A stretch of DNA of 64,000 nucleotides from NCBI GenBank assembly GCA_012295275.1, contig CM022671.1, positions 7,750,001-7,814,000 of the forward strand, read 5' to 3'. Made by a program: the position numbers and the translations under genes. The notes under the pieces are model-generated. The model worked only from the letters and a program-made list of their open reading frames with translations, made no database searches and was not told where the DNA came from. The stretch comes from Chrysomallon squamiferum (lineage: Eukaryota > Animalia > Mollusca). Shown piece after piece: positions 63,706 through 64,000 of the stretch. The first letter of the stretch is position 1, and each line of letters begins with the position of its first letter.

Positions 63706-64000
63706 CGGTTGTCTGCTGTCTCTTGCAGTGTTTTAACTTTTAGTTCGTCATAAGCGAAAAACGAATAACCTGACAAATTAATTTATTTTATTAATATTAA
63801 ACGAACAGCACTATGGTACATATTAGTTTAAGATGAAGTGTATAATTTATTAAAATAAAGATGATTCATCCTTTAGTCACGTAAACACTGATGCAGACTG
63901 TCATTGAGTAATCGTCTAATAATAAATAAATAGGCAAATAAATATTATTTTCAATTCCCTGAGACAATAAATTTATTTTACTGTTTATCAGATCTGTTGG

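Overview
This is AT-rich, microsatellite-laden, intron-rich animal genomic DNA. It is probably from a lophotrochozoan or gastropod mollusc; that is an inference from composition and gene repertoire. Left to right it holds: the last two coding exons of a CNBP-like CCHC zinc-knuckle gene (+); a complete 5-exon PEX26 (-); a multicopper oxidase/laccase in one 1.9 kb exon broken by two compensating homopolymer frameshifts (-); tRNA-Glu(CTC) (-); a complete 37-exon DCAF1/VprBP (+) with one U12-type intron; about 9 kb of non-coding DNA; a 4-exon HMGA AT-hook gene (+); and, tail-to-tail with it, a SMIM29/C3orf18-family small membrane protein gene (-). The most notable signals are (1) four let-7 seed sites downstream of HMGA, behind a proximal poly(A) signal, echoing the vertebrate let-7/HMGA2 switch; (2) the HMGA-SMIM29 convergent pair, as in human 6p21; and (3) a 59-bp minisatellite built from an exon end plus 5' splice site that could supply in-frame microexons. 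All exon models were read by hand. Homology calls rest on recalled protein sequences, not database searches.
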